Positions 33,514-42,112 of a DNA stretch of 44,559 nt are shown here, one piece after another. Source of the stretch: Gammaproteobacteria bacterium (GTDB taxonomy: Bacteria; Pseudomonadota; Gammaproteobacteria; Burkholderiales; SG8-39); assembly GCA_041488375.1 (NCBI GenBank), contig JBGPPD010000003.1:1-44559 (forward strand), read 5' to 3'. Position numbers and translations under genes: made by a program. The notes below the pieces were generated by a model. It saw only the letters and a list, made by a program, of their open reading frames with translations. It was not told the DNA's origin and did no database searches. The number at the start of each line of letters is the position of its first letter. Position 1 is the stretch's first letter.

Positions 33514-34872
33514 ATGAACCACGAATCCCCCGCCATCCTGCTGGTCGACGACGATCGCGATCTGCTGCAACTGATCTCGATGCGCTTGAACGCCGCCGGC
33601 TACCGCGTGACTGCGGTCGAGTCGGCCGATGCCGCGCTGGCCAGCCTCGCGGTGCAACGGCCGCAGCTGGTGATCACCGATCTGCGCATGCAGGGCATGG
33701 ACGGCCTGGGCCTGTTCGACGCCATCCACCGCCAGGCGCCCTCGCTGCCGGTGGTGATCCTGACGGCGCATGGCACGATCCCGGATGCGGTGGCGGCGAC
33801 GCGACGGGGGGTGTTCAGCTTTCTCACCAAGCCCTTCGAGCCGAAGGTGCTGCTGGAGACCGTGGCGGACGCGCTTCGCCTGTCGAGTGCGCCAAGCGGC
33901 GACGGCGAATACTGGCGCGCCGAGATCATCACGCGTTCGGCCCCCATGGAGGCGCTGCTGGCGCAGGCGCATCGCGTCGCCGCGTCGGACGCCAGCGTGT
34001 GTATTTTCGGCGCGAGCGGCACCGGCAAGGAATTGCTGGCGCGCGCCATCCATCGCGCCAGCCGGCGCGCCGGCGCGCCGTTCGTGGCCATCAACTGCGG
34101 CGCGATTCCCGAGGGCCTGCTCGAGTCCGAGCTGTTCGGGCACAAGAAAGGTTCGTTCACCGGCGCGATCCAGGACCGCCGCGGCCTGTTCCAGGCCGCG
34201 GAGGGGGGCACCCTGTTTCTCGACGAGGTCGGCGACATGCCGCCGGCGCTGCAGGTCAAGCTGCTGCGCGCGCTCGAGGACCACATGGTGCGGCCGGTGG
34301 GCGCCAACGACGACGTGGCGGTGGACGTGCGCATCGTCTCGGCGACCCATCGCAAGCTCGAGGAACGCATTGCCACGGGCGAATTCCGCGAGGACCTGTA
34401 CTACCGGCTCAACGTGGTGAAGCTCGAGTTGCCCGCGCTGGCGCAACGGCGCGAAGACGTGCCCCTGCTCGCCGGGCACTTTCTCTCGCGCCTGGCCGAA
34501 CGCTACGGCCGTTCGCGCCTCGGCATCTCGCCGGAGGCGATGGAGTTGCTGGTATCGGCGGCGTGGCCGGGCAACGTGCGCCAGCTGCTCAACGTCGTTG
34601 AACGGGCGGTGGCGCTCACCGCCACCGAGATGATCCCCGCTTCGCTCGTGCGCCAGGCGCTGGACGCCGGCGCCGGCTCGCTGACGCCGCTGGACGAGGC
34701 GCGGCGCGCGTTCGAGCGCGAATATCTGGTGCGCATCCTCAAGATCACCGGTGGCAATGTCACGCAGGCCTCGCGCCTGGCCGGCCGCAATCGCACGGAG
34801 TTCTACCGCCTGCTCGAGCGCCACGCGCTCGAGCCCGGGATGTTCAAGACGAAAGTCGCTGCCGAGTCATGA
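33514..34872 (+). CDS. Sigma54-dependent response regulator (NtrC family; GlrR/QseF-like by context)
   Basis: Receiver ILLVDDD...VITDLRM. AAA+ Walker A GASGTGKE. GSFTGA sigma54-contact loop. C-terminal HTH GNVTQASRLAGRNRTEFYRLL. Confidence 0.92.
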   Translation: MNHESPAILLVDDDRDLLQLISMRLNAAGYRVTAVESADAALASLAVQRPQLVITDLRMQGMDGLGLFDAIHRQAPSLPVVILTAHGTIPDAVAATRRGVFSFLTKPFEPKVLLETVADALRLSSAPSGDGEYWRAEIITRSAPMEALLAQAHRVAASDASVCIFGASGTGKELLARAIHRASRRAGAPFVAINCGAIPEGLLESELFGHKKGSFTGAIQDRRGLFQAAEGGTLFLDEVGDMPPALQVKLLRALEDHMVRPVGANDDVAVDVRIVSATHRKLEERIATGEFREDLYYRLNVVKLELPALAQRREDVPLLAGHFLSRLAERYGRSRLGISPEAMELLVSAAWPGNVRQLLNVVERAVALTATEMIPASLVRQALDAGAGSLTPLDEARRAFEREYLVRILKITGGNVTQASRLAGRNRTEFYRLLERHALEPGMFKTKVAAES

Positions 34873-34873
34873 A

Positions 34874-34891
34874 CGTCGCCTCCCGGCGACA
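34874..34891 (+). promoter_or_regulatory. Candidate enhancer box 1: cGTC-N10-GACA
   Basis: CGTCGCCTCCCGGCGACA lies 2 nt after the regulator stop. It also forms a GTCGCC/GGCGAC hairpin. Confidence 0.4.
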
Positions 34892-34938
34892 ACAAATCCC
34901 GCGCCGCATCAGCCGGTTGGCCGGAGCGTGAATTCGTT

Positions 34939-34956
34939 TGTCGCCGCCAGGAGACA
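34939..34956 (+). promoter_or_regulatory. Candidate enhancer box 2: TGTC-N10-GACA
   Basis: TGTCGCCGCCAGGAGACA matches the TGTC-N10-GACA motif reported for E. coli GlrR. It shares the GTCGCC left half with box 1 and is centred 65 nt from it. Confidence 0.5.
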
Positions 34957-35000
34957 GTCTGGCCTCGGCGCGGTACCTCGACTTGGTCACGGAACCGGGT

Positions 35001-35013
35001 TAACCCCTTGATA
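35001..35013 (-). promoter_or_regulatory. IHF consensus site (WATCAANNNNTTR)
   Basis: The minus strand reads TATCAAGGGGTTA. It lies between the enhancer boxes and the -24/-12 element. Confidence 0.4.
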
Positions 35014-35032
35014 TCACTGCGCCACCGCTGCC

Positions 35033-35047
35033 TGGCACGGGGCTTGC
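35033..35047 (+). promoter_or_regulatory. Sigma54 (-24/-12) promoter TGGCACG-N4-TTGC
   Basis: TGGCACGGGGCTTGC, with GG at 35034-35035 and GC at 35046-35047 at exact consensus spacing. Predicted TSS is near 35058-35061. Confidence 0.6.
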
Positions 35048-35063
35048 GAGGAAATGCAAGAAG

Positions 35064-35390
35064 ATGGACCAAGCCAAAACCAAGTTCGAGATACCGATCC
35101 TTGCCCACGCGGTCGCGGGCTTCGCGATCAGCGCTTGCGTCCTGGTCGGCATCGGCGGGACGATCTACAAGTTGATCGCCCCAGAGGGCTGGTTCGTGCG
35201 GGCCTTCGGCCACAGTTTCGGACTTGGCGCAGCCCTGCTCGCCGCGCTGCTCGGCGCAGCGGCAGTGGTTTGGGCGCTGCCGGGATGGATGCCTTCGCAG
35301 CGCGCGCGCATCGCGGATGCGGTGGTTTACGGATTTGCAGCCGCCGGGTTGCTATATCTCGGCCAGATGCTGGTGCACGGGGGTTTCTAG
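35064..35390 (+). CDS. Small membrane protein (108 aa, about 3 TM)
   Basis: The ORF has hydrophobic helices (AHAVAGFAISACVLVGIGG, LGAALLAALLGAAAVVWAL, AVVYGFAAAGLLYLG). It lies downstream of the sigma54 promoter and upstream of an intrinsic terminator. It has more A/T-ending codons than its neighbours. Confidence 0.6.
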   Translation: MDQAKTKFEIPILAHAVAGFAISACVLVGIGGTIYKLIAPEGWFVRAFGHSFGLGAALLAALLGAAAVVWALPGWMPSQRARIADAVVYGFAAAGLLYLGQMLVHGGF

Positions 35391-35425
35391 GGCCCTTTGA
35401 GCAGCAGCATCGCAGCTTCTCCCCT

Positions 35426-35464
35426 GGACCCGTCCTTCCCCCCTACAGGCGGGTCCTTTTTTTT
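35426..35464 (+). terminator. Rho-independent terminator
   Basis: GGACCCG (35426-35432) pairs with CGGGTCC (35450-35456), extendable by G-U and C-G pairs. A T8 run follows (35457-35464). The thyA stop lies inside the T-run on the other strand. Confidence 0.65.
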
Positions 35465-36275
35465 ATACCGCGATCGGCGCCTTGATGGCCGGGTGCGGGT
35501 CGTAGCCCTCCAGCGTGAAATCCTCGTAACGGAAGGCGAAGACGTCCTCCACCTGCGGATTGAGCCGCATGCGCGGGAAGGCGCGCGTGGCGCGAGCGAT
35601 CTGCTCGCGCGCCTGCTCGAGATGGTTCAGGTAAAGGTGCGCGTCGCCGAGCGTGAGGACGAACTCGCCCGGAGCGAACCCGGTGACCTGGGCCATCATC
35701 AGCGTGAGCAGCGCGTAGGAGGCGATGTTGAACGGCACGCCGAGGAACAGGTCCGCGCTCCTCTGGTACATCTGGCAGGAAAGCCGTCCCTCGGCCACGT
35801 AGAACTGGAACAGGGCGTGGCACGGCGGGAGTGCCATCTTGTCCACGTCCGCCGGGTTCCAGGCGGTCACCAGGTGGCGCCGGGAATCCGGCCGCGCCCG
35901 GATCTGCTCCACCACCAGGCGCAGCTGGTCGATTTCGCGCCCATCGGGCGCGCGCCAGTGGCGCCATTGGTAGCCGTACACCGGACCGAGCTCGCCCTCG
36001 CTGTCGGCCCACTCGTCCCAGATGCTGACGCCGTGCTCCTGCAGCCAGCGCACGTTGGTGTCGCCGCGCAGGAACCACAGCAATTCGTAGATGATGGATT
36101 TGAGGTGCAGCTTCTTGGTGGTGAGCAGCGGGAAGCTATCGGCGAGCGCGAAGCGCATCTGCCGACCGAACACCGAGCGCGTGCCGGTCCCGGTGCGGTC
36201 GGACTTGAGCGCGCCGTGCGCCAGCACTTCGGCCAGCAGGTCGAGGTACTGTCGTTCGCCGGGATTCTGGCTCAT
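35463..36275 (-). CDS. thyA: Thymidylate synthase
   Basis: [12 protein letters not shown]...[12 protein letters not shown] is the ThyA signature. The ATG overlaps the upstream stop (ATGA). Confidence 0.96.
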   Translation of the reverse strand: MSQNPGERQYLDLLAEVLAHGALKSDRTGTGTRSVFGRQMRFALADSFPLLTTKKLHLKSIIYELLWFLRGDTNVRWLQEHGVSIWDEWADSEGELGPVYGYQWRHWRAPDGREIDQLRLVVEQIRARPDSRRHLVTAWNPADVDKMALPPCHALFQFYVAEGRLSCQMYQRSADLFLGVPFNIASYALLTLMMAQVTGFAPGEFVLTLGDAHLYLNHLEQAREQIARATRAFPRMRLNPQVEDVFAFRYEDFTLEGYDPHPAIKAPIAV

Positions 36276-37522
36276 ATCGCGATCATCGCGAACAGCTCGC
36301 GCGCGTTCTGGAACCGCTCGTCGGGATTCTTGGCCAGCAACCGGTCGAGGATGCCCTGGTACCCGGCAAGGCGCCCCTCGAGGCGCGGCAGCGGCCCGTG
36401 CACGTGCTGGTACACCAGCCCGGCGGGGCCCTCAGCGTCGTACAGTTTCTTGCCGCTGAGCATCTCGTAGAAGATGACGCCCAGGCTGTACAGGTCGGAG
36501 CGATGGTCGGCCGGTTTGCCGAGGCACTGCTCCGGGCTCATGTAGCGGGGCGTCGCGATCACTTCGCCGTGGCGCGTGAGGGTGGTCTTGGCCGCCATGT
36601 TCTTGGCCAGGCCGAAATCCACGATCACCGGGCGCCCATTGTCGCGGAACAGGATGTTCTGCGGCTTGAGGTCGCGGTGGATGATGCCATGGGTGTGGAT
36701 CGCGTCGAGCGCGCGCGCGATCTGCGAGGTAATGCGCAGCGCCGCGAGCGAGGTCAGGCCGCTCTGCATGCGGGCGGCCAGCGTGCCACCCTCCAGGTAT
36801 TCCATGGCGATGTACGGGCGCTCGCCGGCAAAGCCCTGGTCGTAGATGTGCGCAACGTACTCGTTGTTGAGGCCGGCGACCAGGCGGTATTCCTGCACGA
36901 AGCGCCGGCGGAAGGTCCCGTCCTCGCGCAGATTCGGATCGAGCACCTTCAACACCAGTTGCAGGCCATCCTTCTCGCGCTCCGCCAGGTAGACCTGGGC
37001 CATGCCGCCTTCGCCGATCTTGCGCAGACTGCGGTAGCCGGGGATCGGCCGGTCGTCGGTCTTGACCGGCACGCCGATCTTGCGCACGTCCAGCGGCTGG
37101 GTGCGCAGGGAGGAAGGCGGTGTGCCCGAGATTTCCGCACGGTGCGCTTGGTCCTCGCGCAACGCGTCCTCCACCGAGCGCGCCAGCCGTTGCGCGTCGA
37201 GCCCGACCTTGCGCAGGAAATCCGCCGCGCCGGCCTTCATCGCCTTTACCGCGAGGCTCTCGCCCCCCGCCCCGGTCAGCAGCACCACCGGCGGCGCCTC
37301 CGGGTCGCGCCGGATGTCGGTCACCCAGGCAAGCCCGTCTTCGCCGGCCGGCTCGGTGTCGAGCAGGACCGCGTTGTAGCGCCCGTGCTCCAGCGCCGAG
37401 CGCGGATTGCCGCGCTCGCGCGGATCCCACTCTTCAATATCCGCGTCCGGCCAGCGGGCACGCAGCATGCCGGCGACCGCGCCGCGGATCTCGCGGGATT
37501 CGTCCACGATGAGGAATCGCAT
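36272..37522 (-). CDS. Receiver (REC) domain fused to a Hanks-type Ser/Thr kinase
   Basis: ATG at 37522 gives MRFLIVDES...AVLLDTEP...VVLLTGAG...AADFLRK, so the REC Asp, Thr and Lys are present. Kinase motifs: [41 protein letters not shown]. An alternative ATG at 37549 would overlap the divergent gene start. Confidence 0.85.
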   Translation of the reverse strand: MRFLIVDESREIRGAVAGMLRARWPDADIEEWDPRERGNPRSALEHGRYNAVLLDTEPAGEDGLAWVTDIRRDPEAPPVVLLTGAGGESLAVKAMKAGAADFLRKVGLDAQRLARSVEDALREDQAHRAEISGTPPSSLRTQPLDVRKIGVPVKTDDRPIPGYRSLRKIGEGGMAQVYLAEREKDGLQLVLKVLDPNLREDGTFRRRFVQEYRLVAGLNNEYVAHIYDQGFAGERPYIAMEYLEGGTLAARMQSGLTSLAALRITSQIARALDAIHTHGIIHRDLKPQNILFRDNGRPVIVDFGLAKNMAAKTTLTRHGEVIATPRYMSPEQCLGKPADHRSDLYSLGVIFYEMLSGKKLYDAEGPAGLVYQHVHGPLPRLEGRLAGYQGILDRLLAKNPDERFQNARELFAMIAI

Positions 37523-37547
37523 AGGGCCTGCGTGGTAGGATTTTCGC

Positions 37548-39050
37548 ATGATTAAGCTGTTCGGCAGCGGCGGCCCGGACCATCCGATGGCCGATGCCAA
37601 GGAAGCGAGACAGCTCCTCGAGCAGCTGCCCGCGCAGGACCCGATCAAGGCGCTGGAGGAGCTCGGCCACTGGCACGAGTCGGTGTCGCTGGCGGAGGGT
37701 TTCCGCCCCGAAAGGCGCATTCAGCTGCTGCTGCAGATCGATGACGCGGCGCAGAGCCGGCTGACAAAAGTCACACGTGATTACCTTGCGCCGTCGCGCC
37801 TTTCACGGGTGCAGGAGAACAGGCTGTGGACGGCGGCGCACGGCTACTGGTGCCAGGCCGGCATGGCCATGGCGCGCAGCGTGGACCTGTTCGTACAGGG
37901 CGCGAAAGGCGCGGAAGCCGCCAAGACGCTCCTGCCGCAGTTGCTGGTGCGCTGCCTCAGGGCGCTCGCCCAACAGATCAAGTGGATGCACCTGCGGTAC
38001 GGCCCTTACGACTCGGCGGTATGGGGCGTGCTCAACAGGGTCTACGCCTATGCCGAGGCACGCAACCTGGCGCAGGCCAGGGTGCAGGGCGACACTTCGC
38101 CCCGGCTCGAATACCTGCGCGGGCTGATGTTCAGCGCCAGCTCGCCGGAGGGCCTGTTGCCATCTGAGATCGAATTGGCGGAACGGATCATCACGCAGTT
38201 CTCGGCCCACTTCAACCTGGCGGCGGCGAGCGCCGCGGAACTGCCTTACTGGACCGACCTCGGCCAGGCGATGGCGCCGCTGCGCGCCCTGCGGCCTCCC
38301 GCGCCGGCGCAAGGGCTGCGCTGCTTCGGCGCCGGCGCGGCGTTGAACGAAGTGACGGCGCTGGCCGAGCGCATCCGCGTCACCGCTGCCGTGCCCTCGG
38401 TGCTCCTGGGGTTCGCCGACGACGCGGACGAGGTGCTCGAGGTGCTGGAGCACCTGGCGATGTATTGGTCGGCGCAGCCTCCCGAGCGCAAGCACCAGCG
38501 CCACAGCGTCAAGTCGCGCCTCAGCGTGGCCAACGGCTTGAAGGGCGTGATTGAAACCCTGGGCGAATCGGCCTCGCTCGCCTTTGACGGCAGCGCCGTC
38601 GAGAGCTGGATCGTGGAGAACGTGAGCGCGGGCGGATTCGGCGCCGTCATCTCCCAGGTCAAGGGGGATTGGCTGCGTGTCGGGGCGCTGGTGGCGATGC
38701 AGCCCGAGGGCGGCAGCAACTGGGTGGTCGGACTCGTGCGCCGCGTCAATAAAACGGCCGGGCAGCAAGCGCGCGTCGGCATCCAGACGCTGTCGCGCTC
38801 GCCATCGGTGTCGCAATTCGCCATCAGCGGCTCGCGCGGTGCCGCGGGCGAGCAGGGCGTGCTGCTGAAGGGCAGCGATCCTGCGGCGGCGGAAGTGCAG
38901 ATCGCATTGCGCCCGGGCGTCTTCGCGCCCGGCCAGAACCTCGAAGCGACGCGGGCCGGGCGCCAGCACATCTACATGCCGACCGGCTTCGGCGAGCGTG
39001 GCGAGGACTTCGAGATCGGCCGGTTCAGGGAGATGGTGCGAGACGCCTGA
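37548..39050 (+). CDS. Large protein with a C-terminal PilZ-like c-di-GMP-binding domain
   Basis: RKHQR (RxxxR) is followed 38 aa later by NVSAGG (D/NxSxxG). The ~330-aa N-terminal region is unrecognised. AGGA lies 7 nt before ATG 37548. Confidence 0.7.
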   Translation: MIKLFGSGGPDHPMADAKEARQLLEQLPAQDPIKALEELGHWHESVSLAEGFRPERRIQLLLQIDDAAQSRLTKVTRDYLAPSRLSRVQENRLWTAAHGYWCQAGMAMARSVDLFVQGAKGAEAAKTLLPQLLVRCLRALAQQIKWMHLRYGPYDSAVWGVLNRVYAYAEARNLAQARVQGDTSPRLEYLRGLMFSASSPEGLLPSEIELAERIITQFSAHFNLAAASAAELPYWTDLGQAMAPLRALRPPAPAQGLRCFGAGAALNEVTALAERIRVTAAVPSVLLGFADDADEVLEVLEHLAMYWSAQPPERKHQRHSVKSRLSVANGLKGVIETLGESASLAFDGSAVESWIVENVSAGGFGAVISQVKGDWLRVGALVAMQPEGGSNWVVGLVRRVNKTAGQQARVGIQTLSRSPSVSQFAISGSRGAAGEQGVLLKGSDPAAAEVQIALRPGVFAPGQNLEATRAGRQHIYMPTGFGERGEDFEIGRFREMVRDA

Positions 39051-39699
39051 GCAGCCAAGCGGCGATATCGGCGATTTCCTCGCCGCACACGGAGTGCGTC
39101 ATGGCGTACTCCTGCCATTCGACCGGGTAGCCGAGCGCCTCGAGGGCGCCACGCGAGTCGCGCGCCCTCGCGATGCCGATCATCGGGTCTTGCGCCCCGT
39201 GCGCCATGAACACCGGCAGGTCGCGGTTGGCCGCGCTGCGCTCGGCAGCGAGCTTTGCGGCCAGCGGCAGGTAGGTGGAGAGCGCCAGAATTCCAGCCAG
39301 TGGCTCGGGGTGGCGCAACCCGGTGTGCAGCGCGATGGCACCCCCTTGGGAAAATCCAGCCAGCACGATGCGCCGCGCATCGACGCCGCGTCGCCGTTCC
39401 CGTTCGACCAGCGCCTCGAGCAGCGCCTGCGAGGCCCGGATGCCGGCCTCGTCTTCCTTGCCTGCGCCCATCTGCAGGATGTCGTACCAGGCACGCATCG
39501 GCATGCCCATGTTGATCGTCACCGGGCGTACCGGCGCATGCGGGAAGACGAAGCGCAGGCGCAGTCGCGGGGGCAGCTCGAGTTCCGGGACGATCGGCTC
39601 GAAGTCGTGGCCGTCCGCGCCGAGGCCATGCAGCCAGATCACGGCCGCATCGGGCGCGGGCGCGGATTCGATCTCGAGCGTTTCCGGAATCCGCGTCAC
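39025..39699 (-). CDS. Alpha/beta hydrolase (carboxylesterase/phospholipase family)
   Basis: GTG at 39699 (GTGA overlap with the mog stop). VIWLHGLGADGHDF, nucleophile elbow GFSQGG, and late MAHGAQDP plus a His. Confidence 0.85.
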   Translation of the reverse strand: MTRIPETLEIESAPAPDAAVIWLHGLGADGHDFEPIVPELELPPRLRLRFVFPHAPVRPVTINMGMPMRAWYDILQMGAGKEDEAGIRASQALLEALVERERRRGVDARRIVLAGFSQGGAIALHTGLRHPEPLAGILALSTYLPLAAKLAAERSAANRDLPVFMAHGAQDPMIGIARARDSRGALEALGYPVEWQEYAMTHSVCGEEIADIAAWLLRRLAPSP

Positions 39700-40253
39700 G
39701 CCGGCCCGGGCCGCTGCGCGGACTTGGGCCTGAAGGCCTTCACCACGGATTCGTCCGTCTCGATGTAGGGGCCGCCGATCAGATCGATGCAGTAGGGCAC
39801 GGCGGCGAACACGCCGTCCAGCGTCTCCTTGATCGCCTTCGGCTGGCCCGGCAGGTTGATGATCAGCGCCTGCTTGCGCACCACCGCCACCTGGCGCGAC
39901 AGGATCGCGGTGGGCACGTACTTCAGGCTGACCGCGCGCATCTGCTCGCCGAAGCCCGGCATCACCTTGTCGGCGACAGCCAGCGTGGCTTCGGGCGTGA
40001 CGTCGCGCGGGGCCGGGCCGGTGCCACCGGTGGTGAGCACCAGATGGCAGCCTCGCACGTCCACCAGGTCGACCAGCGCCGTCTCGATCAGCGCCTGCTC
40101 GTCGGGAATCAGGCGCTCCTCGAAGCGCAGGGCCGGTGTCACGACGACTTTCGTCAGCCAATCCCTCAGCGCAGGGATGCCCTCGTCCTTGTAGACGCCG
40201 CCTGCGGCGCGATCGCTCGCCGACAGCAGGCCCACGATCAGCGTGTCATTCAT
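39696..40253 (-). CDS. mog: Molybdopterin adenylyltransferase
   Basis: LVLTTGGTGPAPRDVTPEAT is the MoaB/Mog signature. 185 aa. Confidence 0.9.
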   Translation of the reverse strand: MNDTLIVGLLSASDRAAGGVYKDEGIPALRDWLTKVVVTPALRFEERLIPDEQALIETALVDLVDVRGCHLVLTTGGTGPAPRDVTPEATLAVADKVMPGFGEQMRAVSLKYVPTAILSRQVAVVRKQALIINLPGQPKAIKETLDGVFAAVPYCIDLIGGPYIETDESVVKAFRPKSAQRPGPA

Positions 40254-40728
40254 CGGCGGCCTCGCGGATGGCGCGGAACAATTCGCGGTAGGCGCGCGGC
40301 GGCCTGCCTTCCTGCTGCTCCTTGCGCGCGTTGCGCAGCAGCGCGCGCAGGTTCTGCAGGTCGGCGACCCGGTGCTCGCTGGCGAATTCGGTCAGCGCGC
40401 CGTCGTCCTCCATCAGCCGCGCGCGCCAGTGCTCGAGCCGCTGGTGGCGCGCGCGCTCCTGCGCCGAGCCGCCCTCGACGCTGGCGAGTTGCGCGCGGAT
40501 CGGCTCGGCATCCAGCGCGCGCATCAGCCGTCCGATGAGCTGGACCTGGCGGCGCTTGGCCTCGTGGCTGCGGATGCGGCGCGCTTCGTGTACCGCCTGC
40601 GCCAGTTCCTCGGGCAGCGCCATGTGCGCGAGGTGCGCGGCGGACAGCTCCACCAGCGCCGCGCCGAGCTTCTGCAGCGCATGCATTTCCTGCTTCTTCT
40701 TGGTCTTGCTGGGGATTTCATCCCGCAT
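40246..40728 (-). CDS. yjgA: Ribosome-associated protein YjgA (DUF615)
   Basis: SKTKKKQEMHALQKLGAALVEL, and the classic divergent arrangement with pmbA. The start is ATG 40728 or ATG 40752; the latter overlaps the pmbA start. Confidence 0.85.
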   Translation of the reverse strand: MRDEIPSKTKKKQEMHALQKLGAALVELSAAHLAHMALPEELAQAVHEARRIRSHEAKRRQVQLIGRLMRALDAEPIRAQLASVEGGSAQERARHQRLEHWRARLMEDDGALTEFASEHRVADLQNLRALLRNARKEQQEGRPPRAYRELFRAIREAADE

Positions 40729-40750
40729 GGCGCTGCTATGATAGCGCGCC

Positions 40751-42106
40751 ATGAAAAACGGCGGCCGCTTCAGCTATGCGCAGGCGCAGTTACGGCAATT
40801 CGCCGCGGACGTGCTGGCGCATGCCAAGCGGCTGGGCGCGAGCGCCTGCGAATGCGACGTGTCGGAAGGGCAGGGATTGTCGGTGACGGTGCGCAAAGGC
40901 GCCGTGGATACCATCGAGCATAACCGCGACAAGGGCATCGGCGTGACCGTGTACCTCGGCGAGCGGCCCGCCGCGCGCCGCGGGCACGCCAGCACCTCGG
41001 ATTTTTCCGCGGCGGCGCTGGAGCAGACGGTGGCGGCGGCGCTCGCGATCGCGCGACACACCGCGGTGGACGACTGCGCCGGCCCTCCGGAGCGGGAACT
41101 GCTCGCGCGCGACATGCCGGACCTCGACCTTTACCATCCCTGGGCCCTGGGAACCGAGGAAGCGATCGGCATCGCGCAACGCTGCGAGGCGGCGGCCTTC
41201 GCCTTGTCGCCCAAAGTCCGCAACTCGGAAGGCGCGTCGGTGTCGGCGCAACATTCGCAGTTCGTATTCGCCAACAGCCTGGGCTTCATGGGCGGGTTCC
41301 CGACGTCGCGCCACTCCCTGTACCTGTCGGTCATCGCAGAGGAGGCCGGCGGCATGCAGCGCGACGACTGGTACAGCGCTGAGCGGGTGCCGTCGAAGCT
41401 GGCGCGGCCGGAGGCGCTCGGACGCTACGCCGGCGCGCGCGCGCTGGCGCGGCTGCGGGCGCGCAAGATCGGCACGCGCCGCTCACCGGTGCTGTTCGAG
41501 GCGCCGCAGGCCGCCATGTTGCTGGGCAGCTTCGTCTCCGCGGCGAGCGGCGGCAGCCTGTACCGCAAGGCGAGCTTCCTCGTCGACAGCCTCGGCAAGC
41601 AGGTATTCGCCCGCGGCGTGAACATCGAGGAGCGGCCGCATGAGCGCCGGGCGCTGGCCAGCTCGCCATTCGACGAGGAGGGCGTGGCGACGCGCGCGCG
41701 CAGCGTGGTGCGCGGCGGCGTGCTGGAGGGCTATTTCCTGGGCTGCTATTCGGCGCGCAAGCTCGGCATGCGCAGCACCGGCAGCGCCGGCGGCAACCAC
41801 AACCTGAGCCTGGCGCCGACCGGACCCGACTTCCGCGGGATGCTGCGCACCCTGCAGCGGGGGCTGCTGGTCACCGAATTGCTCGGCCACGGCATCAACC
41901 TGGTGACCGGCGACTATTCGCGGGGTGCGGCGGGCTATTGGGTGGAGGGCGGCGAAATCGCCTATCCCGTGGAGGAAATCACCATCGCCGGCAACCTCAA
42001 GGACATGTTCCTGGGCATCGCGGCAGTGGGCAGCGACGTCGTGGTGCGCGGCTCGCGGCGCAGCGGCTCGATCCTGGTGGAGAGCATGACCATCGCCGGG
42101 GAGTGA
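40751..42106 (+). CDS. pmbA: Metalloprotease PmbA (TldE)
   Basis: 451 aa with a typical PmbA/TldD fold sequence ending GSILVESMTIAGE. Synteny with yjgA. Confidence 0.93.
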   Translation: MKNGGRFSYAQAQLRQFAADVLAHAKRLGASACECDVSEGQGLSVTVRKGAVDTIEHNRDKGIGVTVYLGERPAARRGHASTSDFSAAALEQTVAAALAIARHTAVDDCAGPPERELLARDMPDLDLYHPWALGTEEAIGIAQRCEAAAFALSPKVRNSEGASVSAQHSQFVFANSLGFMGGFPTSRHSLYLSVIAEEAGGMQRDDWYSAERVPSKLARPEALGRYAGARALARLRARKIGTRRSPVLFEAPQAAMLLGSFVSAASGGSLYRKASFLVDSLGKQVFARGVNIEERPHERRALASSPFDEEGVATRARSVVRGGVLEGYFLGCYSARKLGMRSTGSAGGNHNLSLAPTGPDFRGMLRTLQRGLLVTELLGHGINLVTGDYSRGAAGYWVEGGEIAYPVEEITIAGNLKDMFLGIAAVGSDVVVRGSRRSGSILVESMTIAGE

Positions 42107-42112
42107 ATTGCC

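Noticed and set aside
32101-34824. 907-aa minus-strand ORF, and the 346-aa ORF at 32496..33536
   Set aside because: Both are antisense to the histidine kinase, lipoprotein and sigma54 regulator genes, each of which carries diagnostic motifs.
35054-35485. 143-aa ORF starting at ATG 35054, overlapping the small membrane-protein ORF in another frame
   Set aside because: Its translation is Arg/Gly/Pro-rich with no structure, and it runs through the intrinsic terminator. The +1-shifted 108-aa ORF has coherent TM helices.
37600-37700. Other TGGCAC occurrences (e.g. 31533, 33770 and 37668) as sigma54 promoters
   Set aside because: None has TTGC at the required 4-5-nt spacing, and all lie inside coding sequence.
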